Source: Nemertoderma westbladi (taxonomy: Eukaryota > Animalia > Xenacoelomorpha). Taken from it: a stretch of DNA of 63,172 nucleotides. Location: assembly GCA_032718475.1 (NCBI GenBank), contig JAUCBJ010004192.1:1-63172 (forward strand). Direction: 5' to 3'. The notes under the pieces are model-generated. The model was not told the DNA's origin. It made no database searches and saw only the letters and a program-made list of their open reading frames with translations. A program made the position numbers and the translations under genes. Below are positions 12,211 to 25,694 of the stretch, one piece after another; positions within the stretch are counted from its first letter, which is position 1, and every line of letters begins with the position of its first letter.

Positions 12211-12333
12211 ATATTGATGAATGTTCCACTGGTGACCATAATTGCCACAATAAAGCAATATGTACGAATACAGATGGAGGATTCAAATGTGCATGCAATT
12301 CAGGATATTCGGGAAATGGTTTAACTTGTACTG
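12211..12333 (+). CDS. Host gene exon: calcium-binding EGF-like domain 2
   Basis: ttgcag|...|gtaag, 123 nt, phase 1-1. (D)IDECSTGDHNCHNKAICTNTDGGFKCACNSGYSGNGLTCT. Confidence 0.95.
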
Positions 12334-12393
12334 GTAAGTTATCTCTTTTTTACTGATCCAGGCTGAAGACTAATCCATTATAAATTATATACA

Positions 12394-12460
12394 AGCAACC
12401 ACTTGATTTAGTGGTGGGGTTCCAATCAGGAGTTTCTTGTTCGATTCCCAAATGGAGAAG
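12394..12460 (+). mobile_element. Degenerate tRNA-derived SINE head
   Basis: A-box-like tgatttagtgg, ttccaa and B-box gttcgattcc. Resembles the SINE head ending at 60758 on the minus strand. Confidence 0.45.
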
Positions 12461-12590
12461 CTCTGTTTGGATTTAATTAAATGTTACATCCTAGCCCAAT
12501 ATATGCGTTCATCGTTTATAGATAAATTGGATCCATATGTAAGTAACTACTATAAAAGGATGTACAAAATATACAATTTTAAGATATACT

Positions 12591-15500
12591 AGATATATAC
12601 CAGGTATATATATATACCAGGTATATATATACCAGGCATATACCAGATATATACCAGGTATATACCAGGTATATACCAGATATATACCAGATATATACCA
12701 GGTATATACCAGGTATATACCAGATACCAGGTATAATATACCAGATATATACCAGGTATATACCAGGTATATACCAGATATATACCAGATATATACCAGG
12801 TATATACCAGATATATACCAAATATATACCTGGTATATACCAGATATATACCAAATATATACCAAATATATACCAGGTATATATACCAGATATATACCAG
12901 GTATATACCAGGTATATACCAGATATATACCAGATATATACCAGGTATATACCAGATATATACCAGATATAAACCAGGTATATACCAGGTATATACCAGA
13001 TACCAGGTATAATATACCAGATATATACCAGGTATATACCAGGTATATACCAGATATATACCAGATATATACCAGGTATATACCAGATATATACCAAATA
13101 TATACCTGGTATATACCAGATATATACCAGGTATATACCAGGTATATATACCAGGTATATACCAGATATATACCAGATATATACCAGGTATATACCAGGT
13201 ATATACCAGATACCAGGTATAATATACCAGATATATACCAGGTATATACCAGGTATATACCAGATATATACCAGATACCAGGTATAATATACCAGATATA
13301 TACCAGGTATATACCAGGTATATACCAGATATATACCAGATATATACCAGGTATATACCAGATATATACCAAATATATACCTGGTATATACCAGATATAT
13401 ACCAGGTATATACCAGGTATATATACCAGGTATATACCAGATATATACCAGGTATATACCAGGTATATATACCAGGCATATACCAGATATATACCAGGTA
13501 TATACCAGGTAAATACCAGATATATACCAGATATATACCAGGTATATACCAGGTATATACCAGATACCAGGTATAATATACCAGATATATACCAGGTATA
13601 TACCAGGTATATACCAGATATATACCAGATATATACCAGGTATATACCAGATATATACCAAATATATACCTGGTATATACCAGATATATACCAAATATAT
13701 ACCAAATATATACCAGGTATATATACCAGATATATACCAGGTATATACCAGGTATATACCAGATATATACCAGATATATACCAGGTATATACCAGATATA
13801 TACCAGATATAAACCAGGTATATACCAGGTATATACCAGATATATACCAGATACCAGGTATAATATACCAGATATATACCAGGTATATACCAGGTATATA
13901 CCAGATATATACCAGATATATACCAGGTATATACCAGATATATACCAAATATATACCTGGTATATACCAGATATATACCAGGTATATACCAGGTATATAT
14001 ACCAGGTATATACCAGATATATACCAGGTATATACCAGGTATATATACCAGGCATATACCAGATATATACCAGGTATATACCAGGTAAATACCAGATATA
14101 TACCAGATATATACCAGGTATATACCAGGTATATACCAGATACCAGGTATAATATACCAGATATATACCAGATATATACCAGGTATATACCAGATATATA
14201 CCAAATATATACCTGGTATATACCAGATATATACCAAATATATACCAAATATATACCAGGTATATATACCAGATATATACCAGGTATATACCAGGTATAT
14301 ACCAGATATATACCAGATATATACCAGGTATATACCAGATATATACCAGATATAAACCAGGTATATACCAGGTATATACCAGATACCAGGTATAATATAC
14401 CAGATATATACCAGGTATATACCAGGTATATACCAGATATATACCAGATATATACCAGGTATATACCAGATATATACCAAATATATACCTGGTATATACC
14501 AGATATATACCAAATATATACCAAATATATACCAGGTATATATACCAGATATATACCAGGTATATACCAGGTATATACCAGATATATACCAGATATATAC
14601 CAGGTATATACCAGATATATACCAGATATAAACCAGGTATATACCAGGTATATACCAGATACCAGGTATAATATACCAGATATATACCAGGTATATACCA
14701 GGTATATACCAGATATATACCAGATATATACCAGGTATATACCAGATATATACCAAATATATACCTGGTATATACCAGATATATACCAGGTATATACCAG
14801 GTATATATACCAGGTATATACCAGATATATACCAGGTATATACCAGGTATATATACCAGGCATATACCAGATATATACCAGGTATATACCAGGTAAATAC
14901 CAGATATATACCAGATATATACCAGGTATATACCAGGTATATACCAGATACCAGGTATAATATACCAGATATATACCAGGTATATACCAGGTATATACCA
15001 GATATATACCAGATATATACCAGGTATATACCAGATATATACCAAATATATACCTGGTATATACCAGATATATACCAAATATATACCAAATATATACCAG
15101 GTATATATACCAGATATATACCAGGTATATACCAGGTATATACCAGATATATACCAGATATATACCAGGTATATACCAGATATATACCAGATATAAACCA
15201 GGTATATACCAGGTATATACCAGATACCAGGTATAATATACCAGATATATACCAGGTATATACCAGGTATATACCAGATATATACCAGATATATACCAGG
15301 TATATACCAGATATATACCAAATATATACCTGGTATATACCAGATATATACCAAATATATACCAAATATATACCAGGTATATATACCAGATATATACCAG
15401 GTATATACCAGGTATATACCAGATATATACCAGGTATATACCAGGTATATACCAGATATATACCAGATATAAACCAGGTATATACCAGGTATATACCAGA

Positions 15501-16822
15501 TACCAGGTATAATATACCAGATATATACCTGGTATATACCAGATATATACCAAATATATACCAAATATATACCAGGTATATACCAGGTATATACCTGGTA
15601 TATACCAGATATATACCAAATATATACCAAATATATACCAGGTATATACCAAATATATACCAGGTATATATACCAGATATATACCAGGTATATACCAGGT
15701 ATATACCAGATATATACCAGGTATATACCAGGTATATACCAGATATATACCAGATATAAACCAGGTATATACCAGGTATATACCAGATACCAGGTATAAT
15801 ATACCAGATATATACCTGGTATATACCAGATATATACCAAATATATACCAAATATATACCAGGTATATACCAGGTATATACCTGGTATATACCAGATATA
15901 TACCAAATATATACCAAATATATACCAGGTATATACCAAATATATACCAGGTATATATACCAGATATATACCAGGTATATACCAGGTATATACCAGATAT
16001 ATACCAGGTATATACCAGGTATATACCAGATATATACCAGATATAAACCAGGTATATACCAGGTATATACCAGATACCAGGTATAATATACCAGATATAT
16101 ACCTGGTATATACCAGATATATACCAGGTATATACCAGGTATATACCAGATATATACCAGGTATATACCAGGTATATACCAGATATATACCAGATATAAA
16201 CCAGGTATATACCAGGTATATATCTGGTATATTATACCTGGTATCTGGTATATACCTGGTATATACCTGGTATATACCAGGTATATACCTGGTATATATC
16301 TGGTATATACCAGGTATATATCTGGTATATACCTGGTATATACCTGGTATATATCAGGTATATACCTGGTATATACCTGGTATATATCTGGTATATACCA
16401 GGTATATATCTGGTATATACCTGGTATATACCTGGTATATATCAGGTATATACCAGGTATATACCTGGTATATACCAGGTATATACCAGGTATATACCAG
16501 ATACCAGGTATAATATACCAGATATATACCTGGTATATACCTGGTTTATATCTGGTATATATCTGGTATATTATACCTGGTATCTGGTATATACCTGGTA
16601 TATACCTGGTATATACCAGGTATATACCTGGTATATATCTGGTATATACCAGGTATATATCTGGTATATACCAGGTATATACCTGGTATATACCTGGTAT
16701 ATACCAGATATATACCAGATATAAACCAGGTATATACCAGGTATATACCAGATATATACCAGATATAAACCAGGTATATACCAGGTATATACCTGGTATA
16801 TACCAGATATATACCAGATATA
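12591..16822. repeat. 4.2-kb quasi-palindromic satellite with a 10-bp unit TATACCAG(G/A)T and a higher-order period of about 280 bp
   Basis: Direct reading. The variant gataccaggtataatata recurs mostly every 275-290 bp. Orientation flips at about 16220-16700. Confidence 0.97.
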
Positions 16823-16825
16823 CAA

Positions 16826-17300
16826 TGGAACGGAAGACGAGCATTCAGTGGCTGCGCCGCTCGTCTGGAATGCCCTCCCACAACAAATTCGCGACGCTAT
16901 ATCAATTGAGTCGCTTAAATCGAAATTAAAGACCCACTAATTTAACTTAGATTAAACAATGTATAATTCCATGAGTGCTAGCTTTTACTCGAACGCAGTT
17001 TTTAGAATTTTACTCTGTTTTTAGAACTCTGTTTTTATAATTTCACTCTGTTTTTAGATCTCAGTTTTTATAATTTCACTCTGTTTTTAGAACTAAGTGT
17101 TTTAGAATTTGTACTCTGTACTACAATATTGCTTTTAATATATATTGATTGTTGCTAGATATTTTATTTCTATGCCTAATTTATTTTATATCATACAGTT
17201 ACATTGGTGATTTTATATGTTCTCTCCTCCGCGCATTGAACAAACACAAGATTCACAGGCGCTATATAAATGTAATTATTATTATTATTATTATTATTAA
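16826..17300 (+). mobile_element. 3' end of an L2/CR1-group LINE
   Basis: Frameshifted RAFS..AAPLVWNALPQQIRDAISIESLKSKLKTH ORF2 C-terminus, then the tail gcgcattg...aggcgctatataaatgtaa(tta)n. Confidence 0.8.
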
Positions 17301-18799
17301 TGCACCTACTTCGGTAATAATACTTTTATTGCTCTTTGGTAAGATATTTAGTATTATGATTCTTTGCACTATTCTGTAAGGGAACCTCCAGTAAAGGTCA
17401 CACTAGAAGCATATCTTTCGTGTGTGAGAAACTCGAAAGACCCTTATCCGATTCTTAGGTGATTCCCCAGTAGAATGCCTACCTCCATTCCCACATGCCT
17501 TCCGGTTTCGTTCAGGGAACCTGCTGTCGGTCAACCCTTGGCCTGTCGATGTTTTGCAGTAGACCCCGGAATCAGTGTAATAAATAAAAGGGTTCAGTTT
17601 GACTTCTAATATATTTGGCATTTTACTGGAACAATTGCTAATATCTCTCACCAATAAAGCTATTGCACTTACGATGCGAATAAGCGTAATACCATTAACA
17701 CAATATTAATACTTAGTGCCGGATTAACCTTAAGGCATATAAGGCACTTGCCTTACGGCCAGCCGAAAATTCGGGCCATTTTTTCTCAGCTAGCTAGCGT
17801 GTCATTCCTGTGAAAAAAATATTTTTATCTGAAAAGTCCACATTTTTTCTCACTAAAATTTGTAGAATTGTAGAATTTGTAGATTTGTAAAATACTACTA
17901 CATAGAATAGGCGAGTTATAGGAAGTGGTAACATTTAATGTAGAAAAAGCACCTAAGAATGAAGTTCTATATCCAAATCATAATATTTTATACACCGGAA
18001 TACTGTCAATAATCGTAACTAAACATCTGACTAATCGTACTATTAGCACCTTCTTCATCTGTAATACGCCCGAAATGAAACTTATCTCTCAGCCTTGAGT
18101 AGTTTTTGGCAAACCCCCCAATCGAATAATAGTCCCTCTTCATTGTTACAAACAACCGGTTACATTGTCCTTACTGTAATGCAACTCCTACAGTACTTTA
18201 TTGCACCATTATTGTTTGGTTTGTCGATACGCAATATCTAAGACTGGGTTTGGCCTCACTCTGCGTTCACACGTCACTTCACGGCTTTATTCATCATACC
18301 ACTCTACTACTCAATGTGTAGCACTAAAGAGCGAAACACATAGTCTGGTGTGACTAATAAATGTTGGGTTAAGTTTGGAGTTAAGTACATTCTCAATATT
18401 GGACGTTCAACGTTCTCCATGCTGTGATAGCTGGAGAATAGGGAAGAGTAAGCGAAGCAGTCTGATAAGGATGTAACAGTTAACTCTGAAAGACGAATGT
18501 CGCTATTATCAACTAGAACCATTACGGAGTTTTAAAATTGAATTTAAAATTGAATTTAACATCGAAGACTAATGTTTTAATAAATATTTCCATTTTTTAA
18601 GGTTCACCATTTTTGGAAAAATTTTGAAAATTTATTTCTTAAGGGGACTATTACCCCCAATGAAAGTGAAAATTTCGAAAATTTACATAATTTTCAAAAA
18701 AATATTTTTACCTGTTTTTGTAGTTTAATAGAATGGCTTTCATGTGCTGACATCGGTTTTCACCATTGAATTTTTTTGAAACTGCAATTTCAGTATCTT

Positions 18800-19905
18800 A
18801 CAGTATTTATAGAACCTGTTTGCAGCCATACACACTGTTTCTACAAAGACTGTATACAAGTAAGATTATTCGATAATACTTCATTAATATTTGTTTATAT
18901 TACACCTAATGACTCGCCATATTATTCAGAGCCAGTAGTTCAGAGCCAATATTTTGCTATATTTTGCCAGTATTTCAACCATCCTTGATGTTAATAATTC
19001 TATAGGATACCCTACTATCTTAATCGGTGATTTTAATGCTAGATTAGGTGATCTAAATCAATTAAAACTGAATCATAAATTTTCTTTAAACCCGGACCCT
19101 CGTACCAACCAGTCAGGTTCAGAAATGGTAGACCTTATTAAATCATATGAAATTACACCAATCAACCATATTATTAATAAAAATGGTGAATCAAATCATG
19201 GAGGCTTTACATTTGCCCGAGGAGAGTACCACAGCCAGCTGGACTGGTGCCTTGGAAACGCATTTGTGCTCATCCAAAAATTGTCATTCACCATTCTCCG
19301 AAACGCTCCACCTCTATCAAACCACTTACCAATTACTTTATTTTACGGTGTAAAACACCCTGATAAACTTTACTCAGCGGCACTTGGTATGAAAGACATA
19401 CATAAGTTACCCATACCAAGGACCATACTAAACGGCCCTCTTTTCCAGCATATTGTGTGGACACAAAAACCCGAATGAAAGTCTTTCCCAAACACTCCCA
19501 CCCCTATCATTGTTTGAAACTATGAATACACACATGGGCGCCGAAATTTTTCAATCCACACTTGCCACTGCAGTGAAAACAGCGTACTGTAAAAACAAAC
19601 ACAATGGAGGCAGGGTTTTTATTCCTTGTGATACAAAACTCAAAGAATACTTTAATAGTATTAGAGGTTCAGAACTCCCTGAAACTGGTATTACAAAACA
19701 ATTATTTATCAAAAATAGCTAAACATGAGATAGACTCATGGTCTGAGTGTGCGAAAAACATGGACTCTAGGAAACTATGGCAAAAAATCGATTTCAAGGG
19801 TAAAATCAACTCCATAAACCAATAGAAAGTAATGCTATTAATCTGGAGTTCTTATCTCAACATTTTGAAAAACACTTTAATATAAACGAATCAGAATGTG
19901 GCCTA
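18800..19905 (+). mobile_element. Decayed LINE, AP-endonuclease portion (5' part, interrupted by Gypsy)
   Basis: ILIGDFNARLG, SQLDWCL and SNHLPI APE motifs in ORF 18954-19478. Continues after 25694. Confidence 0.85.
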
Positions 19906-20181
19906 TGTAGAGACTCTTACGTTCTAGTACTGTATGTGGTGACGGGAGTGAAGGAGGATTACCGAAAACTACAGTATTTTGAGTCTGTCAGTCAGTTGTT
20001 AGATTATTATGATGTACTGGTAGGTGTCAGTCAGTTTACAGTAGTACGGTGTCAGTCAGAGAGTTATGTTATTCGGGAGTATATATGTTATTCTTATCTT
20101 ATTATGTACTGATATTATATTAGATATGACTGTAGGAAGATGAGTGTCATTATGATATGAGGCGGGAGAGGGTGGTTTACA
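19906..20181 (+). repeat. 5' LTR
   Basis: tgtagagactc...ggtggtttaca. No difference from 25415-25690 found by eye. Confidence 0.97.
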
Positions 20182-20184
20182 ACT

Positions 20185-20196
20185 TCCCACCGAGAT
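20185..20196 (+). promoter_or_regulatory. Truncated tRNA-Gln primer-binding site
   Basis: TCCCACCGAGAT equals the last 12 nt of the tRNA-Gln PBS TGGAGGTCCCACCGAGAT. The leading TGGAGG part is absent. Confidence 0.7.
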
Positions 20197-20280
20197 TAGC
20201 GACTCGACTACACGTACAGACCGCGTGGAAATTTAAATAGGCCTACCTACCGGTAGAAACATTTTTTTTTAAAAAACACT

Positions 20281-22209
20281 ATGGCGATGGCGAACAATTA
20301 CGGGTTGAAGGAAGTCCTGGAAGGGTTTACATATGATCGGTTACGGGATATCACTCGGGATATCGGCGGCGATATTAGCGGATTACAGAAGCAAGATTTA
20401 ATCTCGTTTCTTGTCGGTCAACCTCGGGATTTATTGTCTCAATACGGTATAGGATTTCGGGATTCGAGAGAAGGTGGCGATCCAGGCGGTGGAGGAGCTG
20501 GTCCAGTCGGAAATGTTATGTTAGAGAACATTTTACAACAGCAACAACAACTGATTTCACTGGTCCTAGATCAACAACAAACACAAACACACGCTCTTAC
20601 TAAAGTGATGTCGGACTTTGCTGCTACGGTTGCAAACAATTCGGGAGTTCATGATCGGGATAAACCGCCAAAACCGATGTTGCGTCCACTGAAGGAAGAT
20701 GACGACATTGAACATTTCTTAATTCTCTTTGAACGGACGGCGAAGCTCCAGGGTTGGTCGAAATCGGTCTGGGCGACACAACTTGGAGGTCGGCTAACGG
20801 GAAAGGCGTTAGCAGCGTTTTCATCATTATCTGGGGATGAAGCAGATAATTACGACTTGGTTAAAGCAATTATACGTGCGCGGTACGATATTAACATGGA
20901 AGCACTACGGCTGCGGTTTAGACAAGATAGGAAAAAGGATAGCGAATCACACAGTGAATTTTCGGAGCGGATTAGAGAAACTTTCCGACGATGGGTTCAG
21001 GAACAAACTCTCGATGTTGGGGAAGAGGAAATTTCGCTGGAAGAACTCATTTTAATGGAACAGTTCTTAGCATTCCTTCCTCAGAATTTACAGATCTGGC
21101 TCAGGGATCACAAACCTCGTAGCCTCAGCCAAATAGCAAGCCTTGCTGATGAATACGCGTCAGCAAGACGATACCCTACGGATCCTTCCCGGTTCAATCG
21201 GAACAGAAACTCAAATAACTCATCTAATCCACACAGTTACGGTAATATCAGGCATAATAATTGGGGTAATAACCAGTACAATCGCAATAGTACTGGTTCC
21301 AATAATAATACCAGTACTGGTACTGATAGAAGTCAACAGAATCGGTTACCTTTTTGTAAAGTTTGCGACTCAATGGGATTTCGAAATCAATTTCATTGGA
21401 AGGAGCAATGTCCTCGAGATAAACTGTACGGGCCTAACAGTAATAACTGGACAAATACACGGAGAAATATGGATAATAATGGTAGCGGAGGTGGGGGAGC
21501 CCCGAATAGACCAAATACCGGTAGAAATCCCTCAGGACGGCCTACTGACACCAATGGTAATTATTCTAATAACGGAGTACCAAGACAGCAGGGAAGCGCA
21601 AATCCTGTAATGCGGAAAGTAAACCCAACAATATTAAATGATTTATTTGGTGATATTGCGGTTGCTAGTGGTAGTTCAAACCCTAGACTTGGTCCTAAAT
21701 GTGTATATAATGTTCAAATTGGGGATTCCGTTTTTCCAGCTTTGATCGATTCAGGCTCACAAGGAACCCTAGCTTCAGTGAATACAGCAAAGAAAATTAT
21801 TGCGGCGGCAGGAACAAAACGTACAGATGTTTATACAGGTCCCGATATGCTTGAGTTAAAGTCAGCGACACAAGACAGGTTAGATATTTGTGCAAGATTT
21901 TCGGTTTTAGCGACAGTTGATAATGTTTCCTCACTTACAGAAATTTCTGTTGTTCAAAACTTTGACCAGGACTTTGTGATTGGAACAGATTCGTTTGAAG
22001 GGCTGGGAATTCATATTTCAACAGTAAAAACAGTTTTAGTTGGAGAAAACATTTCAAATAATTTGTCATATATGGCTATGAATAAAGTATCTGAAGTTGT
22101 TAATAGGTGGCATTCCCTAGATTCCCAAGATAATGTAATGAATATGGGACGGGGTGAGAATGTTGGTACTTTGTGCGTTATTGGCTGGGAAACAAATACC
22201 ACCTTGTAG
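20281..22209 (+). CDS. gag: Gypsy Gag (SCAN-like capsid C-terminal domain, atypical zinc knuckle) plus aspartic protease
   Basis: DDIEHFLILFER...W...LTGKA; LILMEQFLAFLPQNLQIWLRDHKP (SCAN-like); CKVC-x9-H-x4-C; ALIDSGS protease motif. Confidence 0.9.
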   Translation: MAMANNYGLKEVLEGFTYDRLRDITRDIGGDISGLQKQDLISFLVGQPRDLLSQYGIGFRDSREGGDPGGGGAGPVGNVMLENILQQQQQLISLVLDQQQTQTHALTKVMSDFAATVANNSGVHDRDKPPKPMLRPLKEDDDIEHFLILFERTAKLQGWSKSVWATQLGGRLTGKALAAFSSLSGDEADNYDLVKAIIRARYDINMEALRLRFRQDRKKDSESHSEFSERIRETFRRWVQEQTLDVGEEEISLEELILMEQFLAFLPQNLQIWLRDHKPRSLSQIASLADEYASARRYPTDPSRFNRNRNSNNSSNPHSYGNIRHNNWGNNQYNRNSTGSNNNTSTGTDRSQQNRLPFCKVCDSMGFRNQFHWKEQCPRDKLYGPNSNNWTNTRRNMDNNGSGGGGAPNRPNTGRNPSGRPTDTNGNYSNNGVPRQQGSANPVMRKVNPTILNDLFGDIAVASGSSNPRLGPKCVYNVQIGDSVFPALIDSGSQGTLASVNTAKKIIAAAGTKRTDVYTGPDMLELKSATQDRLDICARFSVLATVDNVSSLTEISVVQNFDQDFVIGTDSFEGLGIHISTVKTVLVGENISNNLSYMAMNKVSEVVNRWHSLDSQDNVMNMGRGENVGTLCVIGWETNTTL

Positions 22210-25200
22210 TGCAAGTATGTTGAAGATTAAAGTGAACAATTTTAATTCCAATGGGAATTCAAAGTTATATTTATTTGAACCTAATCAAAGTGTTTTGGAA
22301 GATCTTGGATTATCTTCCAGTAATGCAATTATTCAACCAGAAACAGATGGTTATGCGCGGGTCGGAGTGTTAAATCTAGATAAGTTACATAAAGCGATGC
22401 CAGAAGGTATTAATGTTGGAACATGTGTACAACTTGATGCAGCTGAGATAAAATCTGTTTATAGTGACAACTTAGCGGAAGGTGTTACAGCACTTATCAC
22501 AGATAAAGGTGAAAGGGAGATTGAGTTAGAAAGTCATGTTGATTTTACAGACTCTGATCTTAATGAGGGTGAAAAAGATAGTTTATTAAAACTTCTTAAG
22601 GAATATGATGATGTATTCCAGTTATCGGATGATGAAATCGGTAGAACTGAAATAGCAGAACACGACATTGACACTGGCAACAACAGTCCCTTCAAACAGG
22701 GTGTCCGTCGAATCCCTGAGAAACTCAAAGAAGTAGTGGCAATGGAGGTTAATAGAATGCATAAAATGGGAGTTATTAGACCAGCTCACGGACCTTGGTC
22801 TTCACCTATCGTATTGGCACCTAAACCGGATGGATCTATTCGATTTTGTGTCGATTATCGGAAATTAAACTCCATTACAACTAAAGATAACTTCCCATTA
22901 CCCCATACAGAAGAAATATTGGATCAACTTGGATCATCAAAATATTTTTCTTGTTTAGACCTTGCCAGTGGATATTGGCAGCTTCCACTAATGGAGGAAG
23001 CTATTCCAAAAACGGCATTTGCATGTTCAGCGGGATTCTATGAATTCATTGTTTTAGCGTTTGGACTGTGCAACGCGCCAGCAACGTTTCAAAGAACAAT
23101 GGAGAAAATACTTAAAGATGTGGTAGTAAATGGAAGAAAACCATGCTTTGTCTATATAGATGATGTACTTGTTTGTTCACCGGATTTCGATAGCCACTTG
23201 GAAGATGTGGCAGCAGTATTAAATCGGCTACGGGAGGCAAATTTAAAACTGAGAACTCGAAAGTGCAAGTTTGGTAGATCTCAAATTAAGTTTTTAGGAC
23301 ACATCGTTACACGAAACGGACTACTTCCAAATCCAGAGACTGTAGACAAAATCATAAACTTTCCAGAACCAAAGAATCTAAAGGAACTTCGACATTTTCT
23401 GGGATTATCGAATTATTATCGAAAATTTATAGAAGGATACGGAAAGATTGTCCGACCTTTGACCTCATTATTAAAGAAAAATATGGCTTATTGCTTTGGG
23501 ATGGACCAACGATTGAGTTTTTGCGAAGTTAAAGAACGGTTAATTACAACACCAGTATTGCGTTACCCAGATCATTCAAGACCATTTATTTTAGAAACTG
23601 ACGCTTGTGAAACCGGATTTGGGGCTGTTTTATCCCAGATAGCTGATGATGACGGTCAATTACACCCAATAGCATATGCTTCAAGACAGCTGACGAACTC
23701 TCAACAACGATATACTTCAACCCAGTTGGAGGTATATGGACTTAAATGGGCTTGTAATCATTTCAAACCATATTTATACGGAAGAGCCTTAACAACATTG
23801 GTTTACACGGATCACGCAGCAATAAAAGGATTACTTTTGGGTCGTCATGAATTAAAAGGCCCATTGGCACGTTAGGTGATAGATCTAACTGATTATATTT
23901 CGCCCGAGAATGTTTTCCATAAACCGGGTAAAGCTAATACGAATGCAGATGTTTTATCTCGAATGCACGGAACTTGTACTGCTGTTAATGACGGGCCTGA
24001 GAGTTTATCTGAATCAAAAGAAGAGACAGAGATAAAGTCGGATACCGAAACAAACTTAAAGGAAGAGACATATGTTATACAAAGTCTACAATTGGTAGAC
24101 CCTTTATATAAAGCATTAATTGACTATCATCAAATGGATGCGTTACCTGATGATGAAGATTTATTTCGCCAAATGTCAACCGAAAGAAACTCGACAGCAG
24201 TAATAGATGGATTGCTTTATAAATTTGATGATGTTGGAAAATCACGCCAACCTCGTTTGGCAGTACCAGAACTTTGGAGACATAAAATATGGTCGGAAGT
24301 ACATGGAGGACGGTTTGGGGGACATTTATCAGATCATCGGATATGGTCTATACTAAAATTACAATATTGGTGGCCAAAAATGCGAAAGGATATTTTCAAA
24401 TGGACTCATTCATGCTTGAAATGTGCTACTCGGAATCCGGGACGTGCAAATAAACCGCCATTAATGCCCTTACAAGTAGAGGGGCCATTCGATCGAGTGG
24501 CAATTGATATACTTTCGCTCCCATTAACTCAGAGAGGAAATAGATATTGTGCAATAATCAGTAATTACTTGACGAAATGGGTTGAGGCCTATGCATTACA
24601 AGATGAAAATGCAACAACAATTGCTGATTGTTTTGTTGATTATATATCTCGTCACGGGGTTCCACGGAAAGTTCTTTCAGATCGGGGAGCAAACTTTTTA
24701 TCAGAAGTATTTAGAAATGTGTGTAAATTATGTGGAATGAAAAAGATCAACACCAGCGCTTATCATCCCCAGACAGATGGTTTAGTAGAGAGATTTAATC
24801 GAACATTGTTATCCATGCTTTCGAAAACTTTGGATCGACATGAAACGGATTGGGATGATGTTTTATCTTGCTTATTATTTGCTTATCGGACTTCGGAGCA
24901 CAGTTCTTCAAAGGAGTCACCTTTTTACTTACTCTACGGAGAGATGCTAGATTACCAACAGAAACAGCTCTGAATTCCCCAAAAACTATTTACCAAATAG
25001 ATTTGGATGATTATAAAACTGAACTAGCCGCGAACCTTACATTTGCATGGGAACTTGCACGGGAAAACATTGAAAAGAAACAAGACCAATATAAGAAGCA
25101 ATATGACAAGAGAACTCAACCAATTAAATATAACGTTGGTGACAGGGTATTTTTATACCGTCCAGATACAGTGAAAGGAAAATTACATAAATTCGGTCGG

Positions 25201-25419
25201 CCATTCCATGGTCCTTATCGTTTATTAAAGGTCACAGGGAATAATGCTGAAATTCGCTTGGTTGACCGTCCAGATGAAAGTCCCCATTTAGTTGCAATTG
25301 AGCGGCTAAGACCTTGCAAACCAGAGATCGAAAATACATCATTTACTGGAGATAAAAGGAAATATACTCGACGTCGCCCTGAGGCCAGGGCTTGTTTGCA
25401 AAGCGGGGGGGATGTGTAG
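22154..25419 (+). pseudogene. pol: Gypsy Pol (RT, RNase H, integrase), disrupted
   Basis: RFCVDYRKLN, LDLASGYWQ, YIDD, LETDAC, H-x6-H...CLKC, D..D..E and GPY motifs. In-frame TAG at 23873-23875 where W is expected (LARW), a frameshift at about 24940, and a frame change at about 22190. Confidence 0.93.
25400..25412 (+). promoter_or_regulatory. Polypurine tract
   Basis: aaagcggggggga immediately before the 3' LTR. Confidence 0.8.
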
Positions 25420-25690
25420 AGACTCTTACGTTCTAGTACTGTATGTGGTGACGGGAGTGAAGGAGGATTACCGAAAACTACAGTATTTTGAGTCTGTCAG
25501 TCAGTTGTTAGATTATTATGATGTACTGGTAGGTGTCAGTCAGTTTACAGTAGTACGGTGTCAGTCAGAGAGTTATGTTATTCGGGAGTATATATGTTAT
25601 TCTTATCTTATTATGTACTGATATTATATTAGATATGACTGTAGGAAGATGAGTGTCATTATGATATGAGGCGGGAGAGGGTGGTTTACA
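25415..25690 (+). repeat. 3' LTR
   Basis: Matches 19906-20181. Confidence 0.97.
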
Positions 25691-25694
25691 CCTA

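Larger units (their letters stand above)
19906..25690 (+). mobile_element. Full-length Gypsy/Ty3 LTR retrotransposon (5,785 bp)
   Basis: Two 276-bp TGT...ACA LTRs, 4-bp TSD CCTA (19902-19905 and 25691-25694), gag-PR-RT-RH-IN order, and a PPT. Confidence 0.97.

Noticed and set aside
12509-16844. Minus-strand ORFs of 1047-1421 aa (YIPGIYLV repeats)
   Set aside because: All three frames are open because the 10-bp satellite lacks stop codons. The array inverts internally and has no gene structure.
17375-17700. Possible solo LTR (tgtaaggg...aataaa...ttaaca)
   Set aside because: No TSD or second copy in the window, so it cannot be supported.
22154-22209. Programmed gag-pol frameshift
   Set aside because: The shift lies after the protease and no clear slippery site is visible. 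A mutation or sequence error is more likely.
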